A stretch of 64,000 nucleotides of DNA from Octopus vulgaris. Its lineage: Eukaryota. Below are positions 1-12,289 of the stretch, in pieces. A program made the position numbers and the translations under genes. Positions within the stretch are counted from its first letter, which is position 1; every line of letters begins with the position of its first letter. Location of the stretch: assembly GCA_951406725.2 (NCBI GenBank), contig OX597830.1, forward strand, positions 34,596,001 to 34,660,000, read 5' to 3'. Below the pieces are notes generated by a model. That model saw only the letters and a program-made list of their open reading frames with translations. It had not been told where the DNA came from and did no database searches.

Positions 1-244
1 GAAGTGTAATATGCTTCAACATTTTTCTCGATCCCTAAATGTCTTTATTCATAAAAAAAATAAACATTTAGTAATTTCTGACGAAACACTACCCCAAAAC
101 TTTGTATCTAGCCATTTTGATGTCATTCTTACTGATAATGCCACCCGATGTGGCACACAGCCCCAGCATAGCAACAGCTCATGAGCTGAAACTAGAAGAT
201 GGCATAGAGAGGAAGTGAGATAAGAATCGTAACAAATAGTGAAT

Positions 245-312
245 AGGTACTTTATTTAGCGACCCCGAAAGAATGGAATGCAAGCAAAGTTGACGTCAGC
301 ATGATTTGAATA
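245..312 (-). mobile_element. Degenerate SINE family A fragment
   Basis: ggtactttatttagcgaccccgaaagaatggaatgcaagcaaagttgac...atttgaa resembles the reverse complement of the family A core seen at 54440-54500. Confidence 0.55.
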
Positions 313-422
313 ATGAGTCCAGAGATTTGCAATACCTTCTATCGAAATCATAAACGACATTGTCAGATAGTGTCAATAACCTTAGTCATAACGATAACAG
401 ATAGAGTAATAACAACATCAGC

Positions 423-490
<68 letters not shown>
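423..490. repeat. (AAT)n microsatellite
   Basis: Pure AAT run; explains the poly-Ile ORFs 313..648 and 363..602. Confidence 0.97.
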
Positions 491-493
<3 letters not shown>

Positions 494-1584
494 TTGTAAC
501 ACCAGTCTGCAACAGCAGAATCAACCCTAACAAAACAGACATAAGTAGTGGATCTACAGAAGCAATTGCTAATGAAAAATTTAGAAGGAATTTTAATAGC
601 AAAAAGAGTAGGTGTTGTATGGGATACAGAAAGGGTTTGTGTAGATAATGAGTGTATTTAAGTGTAGCGTGGGAGGGGCATTGTCCCTCTGTTATGTAGA
701 TAATATAATTGATATTGATGTTGCAGCTGACAAAGGGGGTTTTGTTTTTCTTATTTGTTTTGGTTCGTTTCGTTGTTTATTGTTTTCTTTGATTGAGAGA
801 TGGTTTCAATCAATTAACATCCACAGCTTCCCATGGATGTCAGAAAATGATTAACTGTATAGATATGTACAAACATTCATATATACATACATGCATGTGT
901 GTTTGTGTGAGTGTCTGTAAACAATATATAACTACCATCCCGTTCCTGCACTCGCCTTTTTCCCTTCATACATACATATATATATATATATGCAATAATT
1001 ATATCTGTAGAGAATATGGTGATTGGTATATCCTCAAAATTTATGTACCAGTCTTCATATTCTTTATCTTTATAATAATTGCAAGTATACACTCCAGATA
1101 ATATTACCATCCAGTGAAGCGAACACGGAATTATCCATCAGAGGAATTTACATCGTGAGTGACAACCTCAAGTAGTCATAGATGTTAAATACTAATCGAT
1201 GCGGTTAACCGTAATCTGGAACTTAACTGAGAACCACCACGTTATCCACTGAATAATATATTCCTCTAAACACTCTCTCTCACTCTGTCCCTCTCTCACT
1301 CTCTCCTACACACACACACACATATATATATTTAAAAAAAAATGTGGATATATATATTAGTGTATGTATATTTATATGCATCCATGAATGTATGCATATA
1401 TATGTTACTTAATCCGGTGGCATAGATTTATTTAAATACAATAAATTTTGACATTATGAACGATGTGGGAAAACAATTCCAAATAATTTGAAAAATATTT
1501 CTCTCTTCGTTGGAGATAGAAAACCTCGTTGTTTTTTATTCATTGTGTCGTGAAATTTTCTCTTTTCTTTCCTTTGTTTTAATC

Positions 1585-1625
1585 TAGAGATTCACAAGAA
1601 TCTCCGAAATTCTTGTGAATCTCTA
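1585..1625. other. Perfect 17-bp inverted repeat (hairpin/cruciform)
   Basis: TAGAGATTCACAAGAAT-ctccgaa-ATTCTTGTGAATCTCTA; arms are exact reverse complements. Confidence 0.9.
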
Positions 1626-1733
1626 ACGACAGGCCGTAAGTTTTATTTTTTCTAAGGGGAATTTCAGTTCATTATGATTATTTTTGTTTTTGTCATTTGG
1701 TACAGCAGCCCCATTTCATACTTACACACACAT

Positions 1734-1788
<55 letters not shown>

Positions 1789-1789
<1 letters not shown>

Positions 1790-3300
1790 TAGGTCGTCAA
1801 GTATGAAATTTGTAGAAAAGTTTGCTACTAATGTTTCATAAATACAAAGAATAATTTTATTCATCAAAGTATGCACCCTTATTGTCAATGCACTTTTGCC
1901 ATTTCGGGGTAGATTGTCCCGCCCCGAACTGTAAAAGCCTGGCAATCTAGAGTCAATAAAATCTTGGAAGGCCTGTTTTACAGCATCGTCGGAATTAAAT
2001 TTTTTCCTATAAAAAATTTATCCAAATTCTGGAAGAGGTGGTAGTCAGTGGGGGCAAGATCAGGTGAATATGGCGCATGATGGAGAACTTCCAACTCCAA
2101 CTCCTGTAGTTTCACCAATGTTATTTTTGCGATGTGTGGTCTGACGTTGTCTTGCAATAAAATAGGAGTGGATCTGTTGACTAATCTAGGCTGTTGTTTT
2201 TTTCTTTTGCAAGTTTCGGCATTATTTGGTCCAGTTGGCTGCAGTATACTTCAGCTGTGATTGATGAGCCAGGTTTAATGAAATCATAATGAATCCCACC
2301 TGTGCCAGACCATTAAACACACACAATCAGTTTCGTTTGATGAATTTTGCATTTTGGACTGTGTTTTGGTGGTTCATTTTTGTCCAGTCATTGTGCTGAT
2401 CGCTTACGGTTGTTGTATTCGATCCATTTCTCATCACATGTTACAATTCAATTAAAAAATTATTCATTTTGGTGAGGAGCATAGTGCAGGCTTCCAAACG
2501 TTGCTGTTTCTGATTTTCATTGAGTTCATGTGAAACCCACTTACCAAACTTTTTCACTTTACCGATTCGAACTAGGTGAGTCAATATTGTTTGCTTGCTA
2601 ACACCAAAACAACAACAATAATTTACGGGCACATTGTGATGAATCTGACTCGACGGTGGATTTCAGTTCGTCATTATCCGCCTTTGTCGACCGCGTTACT
2701 TATTTGTGTGGTCAAAGTTACCAGGACGAAATTTTGCAAACCAATAATATTAGAATGAAATGCTCTATTAATATTCCGAGTTGTCTGTGATGCTGCATTT
2801 CCAAGAAAGAACTCACATTTCAGAACTGTAAGAATTTCCGACTTATCCATCTCTAACCAAAAACAGCAAAACACGATTTATAAAAATGGCAAGCTGTAAA
2901 AAATTCTTCAAAATAATCCTTCAGAATTTCAGCTACTTCTTCAGGTGAAAGAAAGTCTTTGTTAAATACTAAGTTTTCGACGTAACGTTATAAGCACAAA
3001 GTTTTAAAATATTACGGTAGATAATTATAATTAAATTGAGATAAATTGATGAGTAGATTTTCTAATAAATGGAATGAAATTTTAGTAACATAGTTAAAAA
3101 GTAATTAGTAGATATTATCAGTATAATAAAAGAAAAGGTATATTTATTACTAAAAAGCGCAAAAGGAGTTGGAATAAAGAAATCCTGTGTCAGCGTTCTC
3201 ACAAAAAGTAAAGATTGTCAAAATATAATAATGGCACAAAATGAGCAGCTGTCAAAGTTTATCATATACCTTACAACAAATTTCATACTTGAAGACTTAA
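1789..3300 (-). mobile_element. Mariner (Tc1/mariner, DD34D) DNA transposon, full-length, defective; cecropia/Hsmar1-like
   Basis: TIRs TTAGGTCGTCAAGTATGAAATTTGT (1789-1813) and ACAAATTTCATACTTGAAGACTTAA (3276-3300), followed by TA on the right; encloses a transposase pseudogene. Confidence 0.92.
1857..2850 (-). pseudogene. Mariner transposase pseudogene (frameshifts and stops)
   Basis: Minus-strand pieces MDKSEILTVLKCEF..., WVSHELNENQK (WVPHEL motif), CDEKWIEYNNRKRSAQW, HAPYSPDLAPTDYHLFQNL (YSPDLAP-D motif), KWQKCIDNKGAYFDE*, spread over several frames. Confidence 0.93.
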
Positions 3301-3391
3301 TATGTTTATATATATACGTGTGTGTGTGTGTGTGTGTGTATAGATGTAATAAATATGCAAATATATGTATGTCTATATATTTAGTGTTCAT

Positions 3392-3690
3392 CATTATTCT
3401 GAATACTTTATATAGCAGACTATACATAAACAAGAAAGGGTCAAAGGAACCGTAAAACTGTTTTTCCAGTAAGGTTCATGAAGCTATCTGAAAATATGGT
3501 AGCTATAAGCCCTATATTATTCTAAAGCAAAGTTAAAATTGTTATGAACAAAAACGATTCTTTTACAAGTTGAGATATGTTTATACAAAAATGCATCAAT
3601 ACATAGATGTGTGCGTTGAAATACAGAGAAAGAGAGAATGCGATTGATATATTGATCAATCGATATAAACACAAAGATATTTGCAATAGT
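3392..3690 (+). repeat. Local direct duplication, copy 1 (~300 bp)
   Basis: Aligns closely with 6092-6378 from cattattctgaa to gatatttgcaatagt. Confidence 0.92.
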
Positions 3691-5262
3691 CATAATCAAT
3701 TTGCCTAAATTTTGGACTCTCATACTTCAGAGTTCAATGGAACTAGACAATTCAGTTGTTAGAGACTGTCTACGAATCATCTACTCCATTCATATATGTA
3801 TTTGTGTGTGTATGTGTGTGTGTGTGTAGATGCATATTTATATATGTACATACATACATACATATATGCATATTTTTATATGTAAATATATATATGTGTG
3901 TGTATGCATAGGAATATATTTATACGTATACACATATGCAAATGTCTATGTATATATATGTATACATATGTATATATACATATGCATATATATATATATA
4001 TATACATATATATTTACATGTCTATATATACATACATATGTGTGGTGTATATATGTTGTTATACATACACGACATACATTTATACGCAACTGCATCGGAG
4101 TGCGTGGTGTGGAATAAAAAAAACTAGGCGGTGATTATTTATAGAGGCACATAAAAATACATATGTACACACAAACACTGACAGACAGACAGTCACACAT
4201 ACACGCACACACATACATCTCACACTCATATGCACAATTTCTCTCTTTCCCCAGACAGGAGAAAACTATATATACATAATTAATAATAATATTAAAACAA
4301 CACTACAAAAATTACAATAATACATAACAACAAAACACCAACAATAGCAATAATAATAACGAAAACACCGAAAATAATAATAATAATGATAATAACAATA
4401 ATAATAATAAGCAGTACATGGAAACTGGTAATAATGTCTCTTGAGTATTCTTAATGGTCTTTAAGATAAAACAAGCGCCTGCGTTTGATGCACTGATAAA
4501 ATGGCTGTCAGTACATTAAATTCTGAGGAACCCTGTAGTAATCATGTGACCAAAATATAGTTGCGCCATGTTCTTCTATCAATACCAAAGTTAAATGGTA
4601 AATGTTAGTTAATTTTTATTGAAGATTTGCTTGTCATGTATCAGCATTTATAGTTAGTACGATTTTGCTAAAATGTAGTTTTGGCCATATCATATATTTA
4701 TACGACAAACAAGAAGAAAAACGAAAAAAAAACAACAACAACAAAGAAATGAAGATAACACTAAAACATAAAAAAGCAACAAAAACCTGGCAAGTCAACA
4801 AACTGCATTGGCGTACATACGGTAGATTGCATTATGTGTTTGCTGTGATATTGAAGCATACTTACATGCATACACACAAGCACACATGCACACATACACA
4901 TACATACATATATATGTATATATATATATTAATTAGTGACCTAGGGTTTCGTAAACTCGACATTATGTAACACGCGCATCCATAAACAAGTGGAACGCAC
5001 AAAGAATAAAAGATTAAATTACTTTATATCTTCCCTCACATTTCAGACTGGGTAGCAACTTTTTGAACGTATGATTTCAAATGAGGAATTTTAATAACGT
5101 CAGCTTTCCAGTGAGAACTTCAGACTATTTCACATTGACTTTCATCTTTGCAGAATACATTCTTTCATGTTGCATATTTCGTTCTTGACTTACAGATAAG
5201 ATTCGATATAACAAATCGCAATCCAATTATATACAGTCATACAGTCATATATACATACGGAT

Positions 5263-5301
<39 letters not shown>

Positions 5302-5607
5302 GACGGACGTGCGCGGGTATGTATATACGTACATGTTAAAATGTTATCCGTCATATTTCAGGTAACATTAGAAGTATACGTTTGCCAAAATTGATAATAA
5401 CAGGAAATATGGTGAACATAGAATAAATATAACGTAACTTTTATCAGACATCTTGGAGCTTATACAAAATGTTGAAAGGAACACTAATTCTAAAAGAAAA
5501 TAATTTATTACTTCAAAAAAATTAATGAAACAGATTTCTCATTCGTACAACTCTTTCCATAATGACTCATTTATTCCTTTTTTCCTTCATGTATGTATTT
5601 AACATAA

Positions 5608-5715
5608 CAGAACTGGCAGTATCATTACCGCGCCGGACAAAATGCTTAGCGGCATTTCGTCCGTCTTTACGTTCTGAGTTCAAATTCCCGCCGAGGTCGA
5701 CTTTGACTTTCATCC
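5608..5715 (+). mobile_element. SINE family A, 5' part (tRNA-like head), ending at a (TA)n tract
   Basis: CTGGCAGTATCATTA (A-box-like) ... GAGTTCAAATTCC (B-box-like) ... GAGGTCGACTTTGACTTTCATCC. Confidence 0.85.
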
Positions 5716-5726
5716 TATATAGTACG

Positions 5727-5792
<66 letters not shown>

Positions 5793-5826
5793 ACACACAC
5801 ACACACAATATATATATACATACAAG

Positions 5827-5875
<49 letters not shown>

Positions 5876-5909
5876 TACACACACACGTATATATATGTAT
5901 ATATATATT

Positions 5910-5941
<32 letters not shown>

Positions 5942-6091
5942 CATACACGCATACATACACACACATACCCCCCACACACACATATATATATAATTCTAGA
6001 AAAAATTAGTTATTATTTCAAGCAGCAAGGGAGAAAATGAAGTCGGTTCCACAAAAATTTTGGCTGACGAAAACTAAAATTTAATGGTCAG

Positions 6092-6377
6092 CATTATTCT
6101 GAACACTTTTAAGTAGCAGACTATACATAAACTAGAAAGGATCAAGGGAACCGTAAAACTGTTTTTCCAGTAAGGTTCATGAAGCTATAGTTATAAGCCC
6201 TATATTATTCTAAAGCAAAATTAAAATTGTTATGAACAAAAACGATTGTTTCACAAGTTGAGATATGTTTATGCAAAAACACATACATACATAGATGTGT
6301 GCGTACAAATAAAGAGAAAGAGAGAATGCGATTGATATATTGATCAATCGATATAAACACAAAGATATTTGCAATAG

Positions 6378-6378
<1 letters not shown>
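6092..6378 (+). repeat. Local direct duplication, copy 2
   Basis: Copy of 3392-3690 lacking a short segment near two agctat-like motifs; ends in (TA)n. Confidence 0.92.
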
Positions 6379-6434
<56 letters not shown>

Positions 6435-7046
6435 CAGACAGGATAAAAGAATATATACATGTGTGTTTGCGTATGTGTGTATATATGTATATTTATGTGT
6501 GTGTATATATATGGATATTGTGTACTTGTGCGTATATATAGATGTATATATCAGCTGTAAAGGCAGCGTAGAGGTATATCAAAATTCAAGTGCGGGTACA
6601 TGAATATATATGTGTTTACGTAGCTGTGTGTGTGTGTGTATGTATATGTATGTGTATGTATATGTATGTAAAACAGCATATGACCTGCGCCTGTTCGTAG
6701 TATTACGGTGGCTGCATATTTCGTTTTTGTATTGCAGCTGGAATAATCTTGTGACATTTTGTTACATCAAACTGTTGGAAAACTTTGTCACTCTGCTATG
6801 AAGTAATGGACAAGTAACATAATCAACAGTGTCTCCAGATTTGTGTCTGTCTCTCCATTTACATACACATGAAAAGCATTTACTTCCTGTGGTGCTTTCA
6901 TATCGAAATACGCACGCGTGCTTTAGTTAATTGAATACAATATTTGCTCTTTGTTGAATTGTCCATGTATAAAATTGGGAAGGCAAATAAAGAATACTAG
7001 CTCCTCAGACCACCAGAATATCGTGGTTGAACCGTTGGTGCACCTA

Positions 7047-7206
7047 TGATGTTCTGATGATCTAAAAAGCTAACTTTCTATATTTACATTTAACTAATTT
7101 GGATTTCCTTAAATATTGTGTTAACATGTGTTTTTGGAAATATTAACAGCGATGATATTTTCTATATCGAGATATGCTAGCACAATAGAAACAATTGTCG
7201 GCATTG
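7047..7206 (+). ncRNA. Hammerhead-ribozyme-like motif (type I, long helix II insert), probably degenerate
   Basis: UGAUGUU-CUGAUGA-[~125 nt]-GAAA-CAAUUG-UC-GGCAUUG; helix I pairs with G-U wobbles, helix III is palindromic, GUC triplet, AATAAA at 7222. The helix II base pairs poorly. Confidence 0.5.
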
Positions 7207-7526
7207 TAAGGTGAATTCTACAATAAAAGATGTGATTTTCTCCGTATGTATTTTTGTCATCTAATACACTGAATTTCTTCTAAAGTTCTTCGTAATGATA
7301 TTTCGATGTTCTTGTCGTACATGGATGTGTTCTCTACTTGGATTTATTGGTATCCGATTCTTGGATATAGTAAACCAAATTAGCTTAAAGCCGAGTGCTT
7401 TATTGATATCTGTGTGGATATTTTAATATACCTTTCTGTTGTTTGTTCCTTCTCGAGCCATGCCTGGCTCATAAAGACCGGTTTCCCGGTATCATTGGTG
7501 TATGGGTTCCCCTGCTAGATGCAGGA

Positions 7527-7649
7527 GAAAAGAGTGAGAGAATGTTGTGGCGAAAGAGTCAACGGAAGTTCACCATCACCTTCTGTCGGAGCCGCGTGGA
7601 ATTTAGGTGTTTCTTTCATAAACACACACATCGCCCGGTCTGAGATTCG
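7527..7649 (-). mobile_element. SINE family C internal fragment
   Basis: Similar to 32735-32850 (gttgtggcgaaagagt...ggagccgcgtggaatttaggtgttt...cgcccggtctg). Confidence 0.7.
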
Positions 7650-7685
7650 GCATTTGGTGAATAAGCGAGTTTCATGCCGCTACCC

Positions 7686-8115
7686 TTATTTGGTCTCCTG
7701 CCATGAGGTAGGTTCATCTGGGACTCTCAACAGAAAGAGGTCCAGTTTTGTTTTGAAAACGCCTACATCCACTTCGTGTAGGCTCTTTGGGAAGATATTA
7801 AAGAGCTGGGGGCTCTTGAAACCCAGGCCGTTGCAGTAACTGGTCCTGAAGCGCGACGGCATTGTTGGGATATTTTGCAATATGTAGTAGTGACCCATTC
7901 TGACATTTGTGTAGATTTCAATGCTAAAATTTGACACAATCCCTTCCAGGATCTGCAAGATGTATATTACTGCATATCTCTCTCGCCTTCACCGCTGCAA
8001 GGAGTAGAGTCTTAGTTGTTGCAGCCTTCCCTGTTGCTGAGCTGTTGCAATGAGACGATCTTCTTTTTGAGGCTTCGCTGGATTATTTCAAGGTCCGCTA
8101 TTAATTTTATACTGT
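7686..8115 (-). mobile_element. Non-LTR retrotransposon (CR1/Jockey-like) ORF2 C-terminal fragment, disrupted
   Basis: Minus-strand translation IADLEIIQRS...LQQLRLYSLQR*RRERYAVIYILQILEGIVSN...GFKSPQLFNIFPKSL...FKTKLDLFLLRVPDEP; typical post-RT tail of CR1-group LINEs. Confidence 0.8.
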
Positions 8116-8146
8116 GGGGTGACCATATATATATATATATATATGA

Positions 8147-8177
<31 letters not shown>

Positions 8178-8180
<3 letters not shown>

Positions 8181-8295
8181 GCTCATGGCGTGGTGGTAGA
8201 TGTTGCACTCACGATCGCGAGATATTGGTTTCAATTCCTATACTGGGTAGTAAGTTGTGTTCTTGAGCAAAACACTTCATTTCGCATTGCTCTAT
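8178..8295 (+). mobile_element. Old tRNA-derived SINE head with CORE/V-like motif
   Basis: TGGCGTGGTGG ... GGTTTCAATTCC ... GTGTTCTTGAGCAAAACACTTCA. Confidence 0.6.
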
Positions 8296-8330
8296 GATCA
8301 CTTTGAGACATATATATATACCCACACATA

Positions 8331-8720
8331 TATGGGTACAAGACGTCACCAATGGTGCAAATAACATGAAATACGTAAACAACGAGAAAGAAATGGTAAA
8401 CAGGACAAGTAAACACAGAGAAAGGACCCTTCATCATTTATCAGCTGTCTATCTACTCCTCATTCTGAGCATTCAACGACAATATGAGTTTTCAAAGACA
8501 ATTGCTCACATAAATTCGGAAATAAAATTTAGGATTTATGGAGGGTCAAAGTTGGGAACAAAAAAATTACAGTGGAGACATACAAGGAAACCGAACGAAA
8601 ACAAAGAAGGAGGTTCGTTAGACCAGAACGAGAGGAAAACCACCCTTTTATATAATTTACTCTTTTTTCCCCTCGTTTGTTAACGTATTTGCACCGTTGG
8701 TGACGTCCTGTACCCACATA
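8331..8720. mobile_element. Fold-back/MITE-like element with ~50 bp imperfect terminal inverted repeats
   Basis: tgggtacaagacgtcaccaatggtgcaaata...acgtaaacaacgag at left versus ctcgtttgttaacgtatttgcaccgttggtgacgtcctgtaccca at right; TA-rich flanks. Confidence 0.75.
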
Positions 8721-8750
8721 TGCATGCATATATATATATATATTTATATA

Positions 8751-9052
8751 TATGGCAATTGAAAGACAGAGATGGAATATACGAGAATTTATTATTAATC
8801 ACGACAATTGTTTCGACATATCTAGCATCGGTTCCTCTACAAAACGGAAAGTTGCATTGCGGAACAGTAATTTTAACGAGTTGTATTTATTTATCACCCG
8901 ACGAGGAACATCTGCACCACCGGATGCTCCTGAACCAGTCGTTGAGTGTCCTACCCAAGAGTGATTGATGTTAGATGTGTCGAAACAAGTGTCATGATTA
9001 TGATTAATAATGAATTCTCATATATTCAATCTTCCGTCTTTCATTTGCCATA
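8751..9052 (+). mobile_element. Fold-back element with hammerhead motif (Penelope-like non-autonomous element)
   Basis: Inverted arms 8751-8829 and 8967-9052. Plus strand reads AUCAC-CCGACGA-GGAACAUCU...AGAUGUGUC-GAAA-CAAGUG-UC-AUGAU (8893-8998). The left arm keeps the better version GAAA-CAAUUG-UC-GUGAU. Confidence 0.72.
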
Positions 9053-9152
9053 TACACAGCGATCACTCTGAAAGCGACCGTTCTTTACCAGTAAGCGACC
9101 AGCTGTAAACCGTTCGTTTTATTATCCATTATATATATATATATATATATAT

Positions 9153-9450
9153 GTGGAGGCGCAATGACCCAGCGGACTCGCGGTCGTAGGATCGCGGTTT
9201 CGATTCCCAGAGCCGGGCGTTGTGAGTGTTTATTGAGCGAAAACACCTAAAGTTCCACGAGGTTCCGACAGGGTGGTGGTGGTGATCCTTGCTGTACTCT
9301 TTCGCCACTACTTTCACTCTTTCTTCTGTTGGCCTGCTCGCTTAGCCAGCGGGGTGGCATCATTTGAAGGCTAAAACAACGCGAAGCGCATTGTGACCAG
9401 CAATGTGTAGCAACATCTGATAGCCTGGTCGGTCACGATGATCACAGTGA
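9153..9450 (+). mobile_element. SINE family C (tRNA-derived), tail type 1
   Basis: GTGGAGGCGCAATGACCCAG...GGTTTCGATTCCCAG head, GTTTATTGAGCGAAAACACCTAAAG body, flanked by (TA)n. Confidence 0.88.
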
Positions 9451-9994
9451 TATATATATATATATATAATAATAAAAAATAGTTTGAATAGATTCGCAAG
9501 TGCGATAGAATGGATGTCATTTAATTTGAACATTCGATCGCGCGATCCATATTTTAGCCTTGTAATTTTTGCAACAATGGTGTTTCATTCTCACTACTCA
9601 TTCTTTTAGTGAATCATTCAAATATTTTATTTAAGCAACTTTGTTTTCGATTTGTTCTTTATTCTTATTCACTTTTCATTCTTTGCCTTTATTCATTGTT
9701 GATTGAACATTTTAATTTTCTGTTAGACTCTTTCAGTAGATTTTGATTTCATTGAATTAATTCCTGGTTTCTTTTTTCGTTCATTTGTCTGTTATCTACT
9801 AACCTCAGCTTCCTCTGTCATAGTTCATTAACCCTTCGTATATTTTTTTTCGTATTTTTTGTTCTTGCTGTTACTGTTGATGGCTTTTATCACTATTTTC
9901 GCATCTTGTTCCTGATGCTGTTCTTTATCATCGGCATTTTTATCTACTAAACCTTGTCTTCCCTTCCTCTCTTTCTTTTTCTTCTTATAGTTAC

Positions 9995-9995
9995 T

Positions 9996-10026
<31 letters not shown>

Positions 10027-10168
10027 CCAATGTTATCAACATCATCAACCACAATCCCCATTCATATCGTTTTCTCCATCGACCACATCCTAGTTTTTTT
10101 TCATCATCATTTGTGTTTGAAAGTCATTGATATCAGTGTCATCGTCATCGTCATTGACGTCGACATTG

Positions 10169-10217
<49 letters not shown>

Positions 10218-10367
10218 TATCATCATCATCATCATCATCTTATTTCCATCATATAATCATTGGTATATAATCATCATAATCACCATTTCCCTGTACCACA
10301 TTATGCATCTCTTCCCACTCCTATTTCCCCCTTCCTCCTCTAAATTATCATCATTATCCTTTTCCTC

Positions 10368-10416
<49 letters not shown>

Positions 10417-10620
10417 ACGTCGTCGTCATCGTTTATCATCACCATATTATCAACGGTAGCATAAATATAAGAATCAGAATTATATTTATTTTCCCATCTC
10501 TCCCTCTTCATCTTCCTTTCCCTCCTCTTACACCTCAATGTTTTTTTTACCCCCTCCCTCATTCCGTTCTTCTTCTTCTTCCACTTCCTCCTCCTCTTCA
10601 CCATCATCGCCGTCATCAGA
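9995..10620. repeat. (ATC)n/(CTT)n low-complexity cluster
   Basis: Three ATC runs (~9995-10025, 10168-10238, 10370-10414) plus pyrimidine tracts. Confidence 0.92.
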
Positions 10621-11065
10621 GAACATCATTATCAGTCCTCCTTATGCCAAACAATTGTATTCTTCCACATTTCATTAGTCTTTACTTTTTTTCCTTTCCT
10701 CTTCGCCATTCTCTCTGTCACCAAATTCTTCACCATAATCATTGTTCTCCATTTATTGATACATGCAAATGTAGGTTCGAAAGGCGGAGAAACAGGAGAA
10801 TAAAAACACATGCTCAGACACAAACATACACATACATACACACATACACACACATACGACAAATCATACATTTCCAAATCAATATATACTGTAGATTATT
10901 ATATACATGCGCGACAATAGACCTCTCCATATACACACATATTTCTGACTGTTTTCTCTACTTCTCATAGATCTATGTGATTGAGATTAGAACATATATA
11001 CGCAAACACAATCATATATACATACAAACTTATAGAGAAGAGATGCATATACGACGTACACACAC

Positions 11066-11170
<105 letters not shown>

Positions 11171-11552
11171 TACATATATGTATTATATACATATATATAT
11201 TAGCTGCCATTATCAAACTGATACATGCATGAATGCAAATATATTAAGTTTACTTTCATATTGTGTGTAGAAATGAGTATATATAAACAGAAAATTTGAA
11301 AGGAGGTAATAGAACACAGAGAGTAGGTACAATGTGTGTGTGTATTTGTGTGTGTGTGTACTGATGTCTATATGTAAAATTTGTAATAATTCGTTGCTGA
11401 ATTCCTCTGTAGGTGGGTGATTCATACCCGAAATGTATATACATGGAATTAATACATCATTAAATCTTTCCTTGCATTGTAAGAAACTCTATGTATTATT
11501 TCTTTTATATGTACATATACATACATACATATATATATACATATACATATAC

Positions 11553-11583
<31 letters not shown>

Positions 11584-12289
11584 CACATATACATACATAC
11601 ATACATATATATATATATATACATGCATAAGTACATACATTTATGTTTGCAAACATTACAAATGAAAGATGAGAGCACTCAATGTATAGAGTAGAGCTTA
11701 CGTTCATAAAGAATTCTATTGTTAGTCCAAATTTCAATCACGTAATTATACAAACAATTATTTGGACAGTATATTGTGTGACTGATTACATGTGTATCCC
11801 ATATAACTTAAATGCGATAAAGTCAGAAGAGCAATGGATTAAATCAAGTGATTTTTCAATACATATATACAGAAATCTACTTATGTGAATGAATGTAGTA
11901 TGTGTATGTATGTATGTATGTATGTATACATCTATGCATGCATGTATGTATGTATGTATCAGGCAGATAGATAGATCTGGCTAGGTAGATGTGTATTCAA
12001 ATGTCTAGTCTATACATGCAATCTAATTTGCTAGTGCTTACATATGCTAACGTACTCTCGTATATATGAATATATACTCAAATATAAACAAAAGTATGTG
12101 ACGCTCATATTTGTATTGTTTCTTTTAAACTATGCAGACACAGCTGGAGAAATCAGTCGCTGCACCGAGAGAGCGGCATCGGGTAGATCAATTTATACGT
12201 TAAAGATTGTAATATAGTGATGTATGGATACACATACATATATATATATAAATAAATAAATGTATATATATATATATATATATATTTAT

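Noticed and set aside
2918-2948. CUGAAGA-AG-UAG-CU-GAAA on the minus strand in the mariner 5' region
   Set aside because: Helix II only 2 bp and no usable helix III.
12138-12182. Possible 45-nt exon (TQLEKSVAAPRERHR) between AG and GT
   Set aside because: Weak donor (GTAGAT), no recognisable homology or partner exons; would need RNA-seq.
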